Positions 9,743 through 18,377 of a DNA stretch of 44,921 nt are shown here, in pieces (within the stretch, counting starts at the first letter, position 1; each line of letters starts with the position of its first letter). The stretch is from positions 1-44,921 of the forward strand of contig JAURAC010000027.1 of the NCBI GenBank assembly GCA_030586555.1, read 5' to 3'. Position numbers and translations under genes: made by a program. A model generated the notes under the pieces. That model was given only the letters and a program-made list of their open reading frames with translations, was not told where the DNA came from and ran no database searches. Source of the DNA: Candidatus Subterrananammoxibius californiae (GTDB lineage Bacteria; Planctomycetota; Brocadiia; Brocadiales; Subterrananammoxibiaceae).

Positions 9743-10711
9743 CTATACGGTTGCAATATTATTAACGAATGTTACCTTAATGTCCGTCCCTTCCACAATG
9801 TCCTTCTTTGCCTTGAAAGGAAGCGTAACACGCAAGGGACCCGGTCCTTCCACTATTATGGGTGATGCGCCAGCATACACAATTCTTGGAATAAGTATCT
9901 CAACGAAATAGCTTCCCCGGGTCATTGTAAACTTTAAAGATGATTCAGTACCATTAATAAATTTGTTGTAATAAGTCAGGTCTTCAAAGAGTATCGCTAA
10001 TCTGCCGGTTACTTCTCTAAGACCTTCTATTGCGCTTGCCCTCGAACCACTGCCCAGCACAAATCCATCAGCTTGCAGGTTGTTTCTGATTTCGAGTTTG
10101 GCTTCCTTAACTATGCCTATCGTGCTGCCGCCTTCCTCTACGGCAGCTTCATAACTCGTAAATGGACTTTTGGATTCATCTATGGGAGATGTACTGATGG
10201 AGACGGAAGAACCTGAACCTGAGCCAGAACCCATTCCACCGCCTTCATATCGTCCCAGAAAATTGAATGTGCCTGTAATGTATCCATCCTCTGAAAATTT
10301 CAATGAAAGGGTATCAACCCTCATCCCTCTGTAAACCAGATATTTTGCCATATCCGTAAAGCCTTTTTCGATGGATAATCCTGCAGTAAGGGCGCTGCCA
10401 CCCTTAATGACATGGGTGTATGGTCCGCTACCGGTTGTCGAAGCCTCTCCGAGCACATGTTTAAAGAGGCGATGAAATGACAGGTCTAATTCAAAGTCCA
10501 CAGGACCACCGATATTTTTGTTGCCCCTCTTTATATCGGTTACAACCCTGTCATCTACCTTGATTCTTGCACTTGAAAATGTATCCACATCCGTGGCAAG
10601 ACCTTCTCTGGTGAAAGGAAGAACCCTGCAAATTGGGGATGCGGGGGTCGTACCCCACGTCGTTTCCTCGCAAAAAATCAATTGCACATTACAGCCTTTT
10701 GCCTGCGTCAT
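9743..10711 (-). CDS. Phage tail tube (major tail) protein
   Basis: MTQAKG...EETTWGTTP start, SIEKGF, YRGMRVDTLSLKF, NNLQAD..VLGS and REVTGRL are typical of siphovirus tail-tube families. The start is moved to 10711 because the upstream extension derives from a repeat. Confidence 0.85.
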   Translation of the reverse strand: MTQAKGCNVQLIFCEETTWGTTPASPICRVLPFTREGLATDVDTFSSARIKVDDRVVTDIKRGNKNIGGPVDFELDLSFHRLFKHVLGEASTTGSGPYTHVIKGGSALTAGLSIEKGFTDMAKYLVYRGMRVDTLSLKFSEDGYITGTFNFLGRYEGGGMGSGSGSGSSVSISTSPIDESKSPFTSYEAAVEEGGSTIGIVKEAKLEIRNNLQADGFVLGSGSRASAIEGLREVTGRLAILFEDLTYYNKFINGTESSLKFTMTRGSYFVEILIPRIVYAGASPIIVEGPGPLRVTLPFKAKKDIVEGTDIKVTFVNNIATV

Positions 10712-10713
10712 AA

Positions 10714-10810
10714 CAAATACCAAATCACAAATCCCAAATCCCAAACAAATTCCAAATACCAAATTCTAAACCTTTTTATTTGGGATTTGGTGCTTGGAAT
10801 TTGGAATTTC
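10714..10810. repeat. Inverted heptamer-repeat element (AAATCCC/AAATTCC...GGAATTT)
   Basis: Tandem degenerate 7-mers forming a long hairpin; a similar element lies at 11483-11565. Confidence 0.7.
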
Positions 10811-11466
10811 TATGAATATGTGTACCTCAACGTTGCCATGGGGGTTTCGTTGAACGGCGTTGCCGTGCTTGGCAGGAGGCAGAAAAGGTTAAAGTACACC
10901 TCACCGCCTGCGCTGCCTATAGCAGCAGAGGCAAGCTCCAGTCTGTTAGCGCTGCCTGAGCCTGCGAGTGATTTTGCCCCTGCCTGCCAGTTTGCAGAGC
11001 CTGGGGCTGCGTATGTTGTTGCAGAACCTTTTATCATTGAATTTGTAGCACTACCACTGCCAAGCACCTGTGCATTAAAGGAATTGTGATTAGCATTATC
11101 CCAGAATTCAAGATATGGAATAGATGCCGTAGCGCCATCAAAATTGATGCAAAAGACATACCTCGTATTTCCGCCGCTCTGCCCGCCCTGGTTTGTTCCG
11201 GCAAGCGGCGCCTGTTCAATAGTAGTGCCATTATCAATAAACGTCTTTGGCATTTCCATGTTGCCTGATTGCGGGATAATAACAGTATCTCTTGTGTTAG
11301 TGGGGTTGCCGTCATTTGCCCCGGAACCTGTAAATACAAGCACATGTCCTGCGGAACCCGTGCCTGTAGTAATGGCGGCAAAGTTTGCATCCGTTCCGCT
11401 TCCAGCCGTCTTTGCAACATCATTTGAACCCTGATTAAAAAACCAGTAAGTGTTAGGTTGCGCCAT
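10810..11466 (-). CDS. Putative virion structural protein (G/S/T/A-rich)
   Basis: 218 aa, strong GGAGG RBS, beta-rich, immediately upstream of the tail tube gene. Confidence 0.6.
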   Translation of the reverse strand: MAQPNTYWFFNQGSNDVAKTAGSGTDANFAAITTGTGSAGHVLVFTGSGANDGNPTNTRDTVIIPQSGNMEMPKTFIDNGTTIEQAPLAGTNQGGQSGGNTRYVFCINFDGATASIPYLEFWDNANHNSFNAQVLGSGSATNSMIKGSATTYAAPGSANWQAGAKSLAGSGSANRLELASAAIGSAGGEVYFNLFCLLPSTATPFNETPMATLRYTYS

Positions 11467-11553
11467 GTTTCATTACCTCCTAATTTCAATTACCAAATCC
11501 CCAATCCCAAATCCCAATTGGTTATTGGTAATTGGGATTTAATTTGAAATTGG

Positions 11554-12582
11554 TCATTGGTCATTTTCCTGAATTACCTCCTTATAACATTCCGCCCATT
11601 TATGAAAATTCTTTTCTATATCATAATGCTTTTTCACATAATCAAATGCTTCTTCACCAAGTTGCTTGCGTTCGTGTTCATTTTCAATCAGATAGCTTAT
11701 CTTCTCAAACCACTCTGCATCTTCTGCCTTAATCCCCCTTAATCCCCCTTTATTAAAGGGGGATTAAGGGGGATTTAATGCCGCACCGTATTCGCCATAA
11801 TTACTGCCAACAATAGGAATCTTCAAGGCTGCGTACTGGAGAAGCCTTAAGTTACTTCTGCCCCTGGCAAACTCCGTCTTATAAAGGGGCGCAAGCCCTA
11901 TGTCGAATCTCATTAGTGCCATCTTTGTAAAAAAATCCGAGATAGAGTTAAACGGCTCGACCCACACCCTGCCTTTATATCTTTCATATAACCCCTTTGG
12001 ACAGCATCCCAGCATAACAACCATAACGTCAGGATATTTATCAAGAATCCTGCAAAGCGGTTCCTCAATCAATGATGAATCCTGTATGTGAAAATGACCC
12101 CCAGCCCAGCCTATTATAAGTTGAGAGTTACGAGTTGTGAGTTGAGAGTTAAAATTACTAAAGTCTATTTGATTCGGTAGCACATACACCTTTATATCCA
12201 CAAGCTCATTTACGGCATCGGCAATAGCCTGCGTAGTGGTTGTCACCGCATCGCACTGCCTGAGTATCTTTATAGTGCTAACCGTCTCTTGTTGAACATT
12301 ATCTTTTTTATATTCTGGGCTATCGGGATAATTAAATATATTGTCATCCAGTTCATAAATAACCTTTTTGCCCGCATGTCTGCAGTATTTCGCCACATGC
12401 CAGGGTGTATCGCCGTAAACTCTTTGCATAACGATAATATCTGCCCAATCAACTTGCTCTTTGGTAAAGGAAGATGACACAACTACCTCTGCAAGCCCAT
12501 GCTTCATTAAATACCACCCCGGCATCTTACAGCGGTAAAACGTGCAGGCATTATTTAAAGGCGCAATGTAAAGAATCTTCAT
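11554..12582 (-). pseudogene. GT-B (GT4-like) glycosyltransferase interrupted by an in-frame TAA inside an inserted palindrome
   Basis: IGWAGG and FDIGLAPL...RSNLRLLQY motifs. After the TAA at 11764-11766 the same frame continues SPFNKGGLRGIKAEDAEWFEKISYLIENEHERKQLGEEAFDYVKKHYDI...KWAECY, a typical GT4 C-terminus. Confidence 0.8.
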
Positions 12583-12591
12583 GGCTATAAG

Positions 12592-12783
12592 CTATTGCGT
12601 CCATTCGAGCTTTCCTTCGGCATTTCGTCTCAGGCGTTTCTTAACGGCAATATCGTCATAAACCTTATCGAGATACTTCTGTATTTCTTCATCTGTCATG
12701 GTCTTAAACATTTCCATAACATCTATCCCCAACCTGATTGCAAAGGCAATTAATTGGGGCAAGTAAGGTAGTAGTGCTTCCAT
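12592..12783 (-). CDS. Small hypothetical protein
   Basis: 63 aa, tightly spaced in the operon. Confidence 0.55.
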   Translation of the reverse strand: MEALLPYLPQLIAFAIRLGIDVMEMFKTMTDEEIQKYLDKVYDDIAVKKRLRRNAEGKLEWTQ

Positions 12784-12786
12784 TTA

Positions 12787-13182
12787 TTAATCCTTTCTGA
12801 TACTAATGCCGAGACTAATTGCATTGCTTACAAGCGTTGCCATATCATCTTGCAAAGTTTCCAATGCTTTCTGCACCTGCTCCTGCGAGCTCGTGCCATT
12901 TTGCATGGCAATTAGCGCCCTTGTATAGGCATTTTGTGAATCAAGCGCAAAATTGATTAAATTTGCCATTAAGATACAATCGTCTTCTTTTATCGTACCA
13001 TCATTGCATTTTGCGATAACTTCATTTCCAATGAATTCAATCTGCTGTCCTACAAGCATTGCAAACTTTTTTTGTTTAGCAATACTCATAGATGAGCAAC
13101 CAGAGAAGATGCATACAAGTGTAATAATTACAAAGAAGATTACCGCTATCCATTGTGCCTTATTTACCCGTTCTTTCTTCAC
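12787..13182 (-). CDS. Putative lipoprotein of the lysis-like module
   Basis: Hydrophobic signal with FSGC lipobox and helical body; follows the holin-like gene. Confidence 0.6.
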   Translation of the reverse strand: MKKERVNKAQWIAVIFFVIITLVCIFSGCSSMSIAKQKKFAMLVGQQIEFIGNEVIAKCNDGTIKEDDCILMANLINFALDSQNAYTRALIAMQNGTSSQEQVQKALETLQDDMATLVSNAISLGISIRKD

Positions 13183-13360
13183 TAACCACTCCTTTATTTA
13201 ATTTTAATACCGTCCTTGATGCTATATAACCGACAATCATCGTTACTGCCGAGATAATTGTTTGTGCCTCAAAATGCCAACCCAATTGCTCATTAAGGAA
13301 AACAAATATCACACCGAACAAACCTATCCAGAATTCCGTTGTCTTCCAACCATCTTTCAT
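13160..13360 (-). CDS. Holin-like two-TM protein
   Basis: MKDGWKTTEFW followed by two transmembrane segments and a basic tail. Confidence 0.55.
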   Translation of the reverse strand: MKDGWKTTEFWIGLFGVIFVFLNEQLGWHFEAQTIISAVTMIVGYIASRTVLKLNKGVVSEERTGK

Positions 13361-13929
13361 AACCAATCTCCTATGTCTTTAGTAGTTTGAGATGGCACTG
13401 TCTGGCTGGTATTGATTCCCAGTGCGGGAATATAGATACTTACAGTTGCGCCATAGACCGTATCCACATACCAGTAGCCATCAGCGTGCTTTGTGAAGCT
13501 TATTTCATCGCCTTTGTGTGCTGCGCCTGAATATTTGTAAGGCAATGCTGTAATCTTAATATTGCCCGTGAGGGACGTCATCAGCGTCCCATCAGGATTC
13601 CTTGCCCAGATAAACATCCTGCATGTATTAGGCTGTGCAGGCGCAGTTACATCCGCGGGATTAATGATATAATTCACAGGGTTTGTGTTAATTTCCTGAT
13701 AAACATATTTTGGCGTTCCCTCGCCAGTATCCCAGAGGATGCCTCCGTCATGCCCATCGGGTATCGAGACGGATGCTTGATAATATCCTGCGCCAATCTC
13801 CTTTATTGCCGCACCAGAGACCCTCGAACCGTTATTTGTGCCATCGGGATTTTTTAACTGATAGCCTACCGTTGCGAGGCCTGTCTTTGTGCTGCCAAAT
13901 CCTGCTGCCAAAACCAATGTATATGCCAT
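13357..13929 (-). CDS. Phage structural hypothetical protein (two beta-sandwich domains)
   Basis: 190 aa, beta-rich, translationally coupled to the next gene. Confidence 0.55.
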   Translation of the reverse strand: MAYTLVLAAGFGSTKTGLATVGYQLKNPDGTNNGSRVSGAAIKEIGAGYYQASVSIPDGHDGGILWDTGEGTPKYVYQEINTNPVNYIINPADVTAPAQPNTCRMFIWARNPDGTLMTSLTGNIKITALPYKYSGAAHKGDEISFTKHADGYWYVDTVYGATVSIYIPALGINTSQTVPSQTTKDIGDWL

Positions 13930-14014
13930 ATAACTTATTTCCTATTGCGAATCCTGAAAATTATTGCAATTAAGATTAATCCAATAATGCCTTCAATAAA
14001 TTCTAATATCCGTT

Positions 14015-14371
14015 TCACTTCAATTGCTCCAAAAGCCCTACCATTGTTCTTATAAAAAACATTGGATACACAATATCTTTATTTTCTTCATTCTCTAATA
14101 GTTTTTTAAGCAATGCCGCTTCCTCTGTATTCAATTCAACTTCTTCTTTGAAAGTCAAAAAGGCTTCCCGACTCTTATCTGCAAGAGAGACCGCTATTGC
14201 GCGTTCCCTGACTGTAAGTACCTTACTATTTATTGCCTCGCAAAGTTGATAAAGGGCAAGATTATCGTCTCGGACACAACTTCTTATACCATTATTGTCT
14301 TTTACTTCTTTGCCTTCCCTATCCCGATTTACAATCTGAGTCAATTTCAATTTTATCGTATTCTCACTCAT
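14015..14371 (-). CDS. Hypothetical protein (possible fibre chaperone)
   Basis: 118 aa downstream of a fibre-like gene. Confidence 0.5.
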   Translation of the reverse strand: MSENTIKLKLTQIVNRDREGKEVKDNNGIRSCVRDDNLALYQLCEAINSKVLTVRERAIAVSLADKSREAFLTFKEEVELNTEEAALLKKLLENEENKDIVYPMFFIRTMVGLLEQLK

Positions 14372-14684
14372 TAATGACCTCCCCCATGAGACTTGCAGGC
14401 TGACCCTCTTTCAGGCTAATTACCGTGTTTGTCTGTCCACCTGATTCTGCTTTCAACGTATCAAGGATTGATTGGCTTTCCCATGATTTTCTGTTCAGCC
14501 ACTCGTCAATTTTAGCCTTAATTTCAAGTCTCGTTGGCGTACCTGTAAAATCCTTTTCTGTGAATACAGTTTCTATATAAGCCTGCTTCTGGGGCGAAGC
14601 ATTTGTATATGTTAGACCCATTGCAAGTCCTACTATCTTGCCCATCTCATCCTTAATTACGTCATGTTTAGTTATCTTAATCAT
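14364..14684 (-). CDS. Hypothetical protein (possible fibre chaperone)
   Basis: Probable start MIKITKHD immediately after the stop of the fibre-like gene. Confidence 0.5.
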   Translation of the reverse strand: MIKITKHDVIKDEMGKIVGLAMGLTYTNASPQKQAYIETVFTEKDFTGTPTRLEIKAKIDEWLNRKSWESQSILDTLKAESGGQTNTVISLKEGQPASLMGEVINE

Positions 14685-14686
14685 AG

Positions 14687-15646
14687 TTAAACCAGTACAG
14701 ATGCCAACATTGTCTCCGTCCCATCCTGGAACTTGCACTTCAGGGCAACTGTGCGGTTCGGGGTCGTCCCTGATGCCGTTACATAAAGCGCAACCTTATC
14801 AGACACGGGATTGCCCGGCGCGGTCATTCCCTTAAAAGAGATAGCCCCATCCTCAATATCCAATCTTGTATCTGGCGTTGTGGTTTTAATTCCAAAGTTG
14901 CCGTTATTAGCGCATACATAGCTATCTCCGCCTTTCCCATAAAAAGTATGATTAACCGTAGAAGTGCCATCGCCTATTAGCACCTGGAAATAAACGCTGG
15001 CTGTGGTATTTACATTACGAAAGAATCTAAACAATGAACTGCTATTGTCAGGCGGTTGAGGGTCAAAATCAATCGCACAAGGGTTTCCAGTTACCGTTGA
15101 ATTTAGTTTGAAAGAAATCCACCTACTCGGAGATGCCTCGCTAATTGTCAGGTCAAAAAGCCTCAAAATATTTCCAGAACCAGCCCCAAAGATTTGAAGC
15201 TTCTCTGTTCCAGTAGGGTCTTTCACGATTCCAATTTTATTATTAGCCAAGTCGAAGGTCATTAAAGAATTACTTGCGCCTGCCTTTTCCCTGATTTGAG
15301 CTTTATCAGCGTCAACGTCAATTTTCAACGATTTTGCGCTGGCGGTGGTATCGGTTAATGTTATTGCAGGAGCGGTATTGCTAATATCGAAAGTACCAGT
15401 AAGATTCAGGTTTGTTTGCGTCAGCGTTGCGCCATGGGGGTCTGACGTGTCTGCAATATGCGTGTCAATCTGTGCGTGGGTATTAGTACCGATATCAGAT
15501 AGGTCGCTGTGAGCAAGGATGGCATCTACCCATTTTGTGCCATCGTGTCTTATTACACGACCCGCCAAGGGGGATGTTATCACTACATCATCCAGTTCGT
15601 CAAGTATTGACGGAATAAAACTTGCAACCATATTATAAAATCCCAA
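14687..15646 (-). CDS. Tail fibre/spike-like protein
   Basis: LDELDDVVIT, IGTNTHAQIDTHIADTSDPH and GNFGIKTTTPDTRLDI motifs are typical of phage fibres. Confidence 0.7.
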   Translation of the reverse strand: MGFYNMVASFIPSILDELDDVVITSPLAGRVIRHDGTKWVDAILAHSDLSDIGTNTHAQIDTHIADTSDPHGATLTQTNLNLTGTFDISNTAPAITLTDTTASAKSLKIDVDADKAQIREKAGASNSLMTFDLANNKIGIVKDPTGTEKLQIFGAGSGNILRLFDLTISEASPSRWISFKLNSTVTGNPCAIDFDPQPPDNSSSLFRFFRNVNTTASVYFQVLIGDGTSTVNHTFYGKGGDSYVCANNGNFGIKTTTPDTRLDIEDGAISFKGMTAPGNPVSDKVALYVTASGTTPNRTVALKCKFQDGTETMLASVLV

Positions 15647-15771
15647 TTATCAAAATCCAAAATCCCAATTGACTATCCCCTATAACTTCTTTCAAGAATT
15701 TGCCCATCTAAAAAGAACGATTAAAACTGCTATAAGGACGCTTATCTCCATACAAGCGATCTATTCCGCAC

Positions 15772-16779
15772 TTAGAATCTAACGTAGTCTACTAACAAAG
15801 TATCTCCAGAGGGTGGAGCAACGGACATAGTAAAGGTTGTTGTAGTAGTTTCAGTATATTGGTTACCGGCGCCTTTACGCTGCCTCATTCCATTACGATA
15901 TACATTCAATGTTCCTGCAACATAGGCATTTGCTACGGTGAAGGTAGTCTGGGTACCGTTGCATTGCGCGCTTATATCTTCGCCAAAGACCATATTCACC
16001 GCCTCGGGAGATGGGCATAAAACCGTTGCCCTTACATCTAAAATATCTGATTCGCTTATATTACTTATAGTTCCAGCGCCTCCCGTCCCGTCATCATGCA
16101 CGGTAACAATGCAAACAGGCAGTTCCCCTGCAGGAGTGGAAGGTGAAGTAAGGTTTTGAGGGTTCGACGCTGGGGAGCCTTCATATTTCTTTAATAACCC
16201 GGCGCTGTTAAGCGTAAAGAGTACCTTGTTATAATAATTTGCCGTCATGGCAGAAACCTGATATTCTCCCCCAATACCCATCCTGATTGCCGTATTCCCA
16301 GGATAACTCCTCCATGTCTTGCCGATAAAATAGACGCCCGGTTTTATGCCTATAGATTGATTCGGAGTCTCCTGGGCGTATGGTCTTAATCTTTCAGTTA
16401 TAATTTCCGCCTTTTGTATAGCTGAAGTATGGGCATTAACATCCTCTGCATCCACAGCCGAGCCCTTGCCAAAGTAATTTGCAGAGACCTGTTTACCAGC
16501 CTCTGACTGATAGAAATAGACATAACCAACGGAGTAATCAACGTAGAATTGCGTGCTGCTTACAGGCATTGAACTTGCCTCAATATAGCCAAAAATGGTC
16601 ACCCCGTATCCGTTATCCGGCACCTCCTCAAGCCTGATGTAATAGGGTGAAGCCCCGGATATTACGTGATACTCATTAGTAATTGCTTGAAGGCTTGTTC
16701 GCCTGTTTACCTCGACGCCAAAGGTGTCTATATGCTGCGCCCGGATATCTACCTTTAAATCCTGTAATGCTTCTGTCAT
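15772..16779 (-). CDS. Tail/fibre-associated structural protein
   Basis: FYVDYSVGYVYF motif and a C-terminal NGTQTTFTV...VYRNG...AP.SGDTLLVDY Ig-like domain. Confidence 0.65.
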   Translation of the reverse strand: MTEALQDLKVDIRAQHIDTFGVEVNRRTSLQAITNEYHVISGASPYYIRLEEVPDNGYGVTIFGYIEASSMPVSSTQFYVDYSVGYVYFYQSEAGKQVSANYFGKGSAVDAEDVNAHTSAIQKAEIITERLRPYAQETPNQSIGIKPGVYFIGKTWRSYPGNTAIRMGIGGEYQVSAMTANYYNKVLFTLNSAGLLKKYEGSPASNPQNLTSPSTPAGELPVCIVTVHDDGTGGAGTISNISESDILDVRATVLCPSPEAVNMVFGEDISAQCNGTQTTFTVANAYVAGTLNVYRNGMRQRKGAGNQYTETTTTTFTMSVAPPSGDTLLVDYVRF

Positions 16780-16796
16780 AATCCCTTAAACCCTTG

Positions 16797-18170
16797 TTAT
16801 AACGCTATTAAAGCCCTATAAGCATAATCTGTCATATTTCCCCTACACTTAGTAACACTCGGCAAACTGAAGCTCTTTTGTTCAAAAGAGGATTTTGTAA
16901 TGCGTACAAGACGATTGCCATTTTCTTCCGTTACCCATACATATTTACTATCCAGTGAAATCCCATAGCTCCTGAAATTAGTTTCCGTAATATTAATTTT
17001 CTGAAAACTTAGGTTGGATTTGTTGATGCGAATGACCCCCGGGCTTCCATATTTGTTATCTACTACCCATAAATACGCCGCATCAGAAGCCAATGTCAAA
17101 GGCTCATACCAATAGGGATTGTTCATGTCTATAGTGGTAATCGAGTAATCCGCCTTACTTATCCTCAAAACACGTGAAGCACCGGGTACACAAGCCCAAA
17201 CATAATTTGCATCCGCTACAACATCCGTTAAATACTCCATAACGAGGATAGACGTAACGGTCAGGTTGGACTTGTTTATTCGCCCCATGTCATATTTTCT
17301 GACCCTGTACCAGACCCAGTATGCCGGGTTGGCAAAGAAACCCCCTACATCATCGTAAGGTGGGTTCACATACACAGTCTTTGTGGCGCCATCATAATCA
17401 ACGATTGTGCGCTTCTCTGATGCACCTGTCCATCCGCCGTAATAAACCCATAAATCCTGCCCATTATAAAAATCATTAACGTTAGAAGCCTCAGGATGAT
17501 TAAACACTATTGCGCTCGGTGTGCTTGTCCCCCCTGCCTGTCCCTGCGTCCCTTCAAGCGGTTTAAGATAAATGGTGTTTGTTACCCAGACATAATCTTT
17601 GTCAACAAAAAGCGCAGTAGGAAATCCGTACTTGATTTCATTAAAGGATGCAAGACTATTATTCCATGCAGCCTTAGAAACCCTGTACGTATAAAACTCT
17701 GTTCCGTATACAGCAGAATGGTCTGCCGTTGAATACCACACATATTGCTTGTCCACGCCGAGGGCACAGTTTTTCCCACTTGTCGGTATGTTTATGCTTG
17801 TTACAGTGAGGGAATTTTTACTTACACGTGAAAGAATGCCTGCATCGAAATCAAGCGCATACGCAAATCTACCGTCCACTGCAACCTGCTGCAACTTGCC
17901 GCCAATAGATATTTTCCTAACAGCCTCGCTTTCCATGTCCACCCGAAGCAGGTAGCCATCATCACTGCCCACCCAGACGTATTCCTTTCCTTTACCACCC
18001 GCCGAGGGCAGGTCGAATACAGGCATGTCAGCCCTGTTAATCTTCGGTATAACCCTCTCTACAGGCACTATTGCACTATCACAAAATCCAAAGTTACCTG
18101 CAATCCTAACATTGCGTCCAATGCGAAGGTTTCCAATTGTGCCTGAGAAAACTATATCTTCTCGTATCAT
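16797..18170 (-). CDS. Beta-propeller protein with inserted virion domain (putative receptor-binding protein)
   Basis: Repeated D..YVWV....G.L.RI.K blades; inserted ASNVNDFYNG...RTIVDYDGATKT domain. Confidence 0.65.
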   Translation of the reverse strand: MIREDIVFSGTIGNLRIGRNVRIAGNFGFCDSAIVPVERVIPKINRADMPVFDLPSAGGKGKEYVWVGSDDGYLLRVDMESEAVRKISIGGKLQQVAVDGRFAYALDFDAGILSRVSKNSLTVTSINIPTSGKNCALGVDKQYVWYSTADHSAVYGTEFYTYRVSKAAWNNSLASFNEIKYGFPTALFVDKDYVWVTNTIYLKPLEGTQGQAGGTSTPSAIVFNHPEASNVNDFYNGQDLWVYYGGWTGASEKRTIVDYDGATKTVYVNPPYDDVGGFFANPAYWVWYRVRKYDMGRINKSNLTVTSILVMEYLTDVVADANYVWACVPGASRVLRISKADYSITTIDMNNPYWYEPLTLASDAAYLWVVDNKYGSPGVIRINKSNLSFQKINITETNFRSYGISLDSKYVWVTEENGNRLVRITKSSFEQKSFSLPSVTKCRGNMTDYAYRALIAL

Positions 18171-18349
18171 CTGATTTCACCCAGATAGACTATCTCATCC
18201 TGGTTACCATTGATTGAAACAACAACACCTGCGTCATCACTATTTAGCGGATTGTTCATATTTAGAGAGGCGTACATCCCGTGTGAACTTACCTTCCCGG
18301 AAAAGTGACGAGCTATCTTAAATTGGAAATCGTTTTGTTTTTTTACCAT
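18167..18349 (-). CDS. Small hypothetical protein
   Basis: 60 aa with an ATGA overlap to the next gene. Confidence 0.45.
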   Translation of the reverse strand: MVKKQNDFQFKIARHFSGKVSSHGMYASLNMNNPLNSDDAGVVVSINGNQDEIVYLGEIR

Positions 18350-18377
18350 GATACATCAGCCTTAAGCCTTCAGCCTA

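Noticed and set aside
9279..11565. CRISPR array
   Set aside because: The repeats are degenerate 7-mers in hairpins, without unique spacers or cas genes.
11764..11766. Selenocysteine or pyrrolysine recoding at the internal stops (also 36991)
   Set aside because: Both stops are TAA, which is also the normal terminator of many genes in this window.
14687..18170. Diversity-generating retroelement targeting the fibres
   Set aside because: No reverse transcriptase, and no template/variable repeat pair was noticed.
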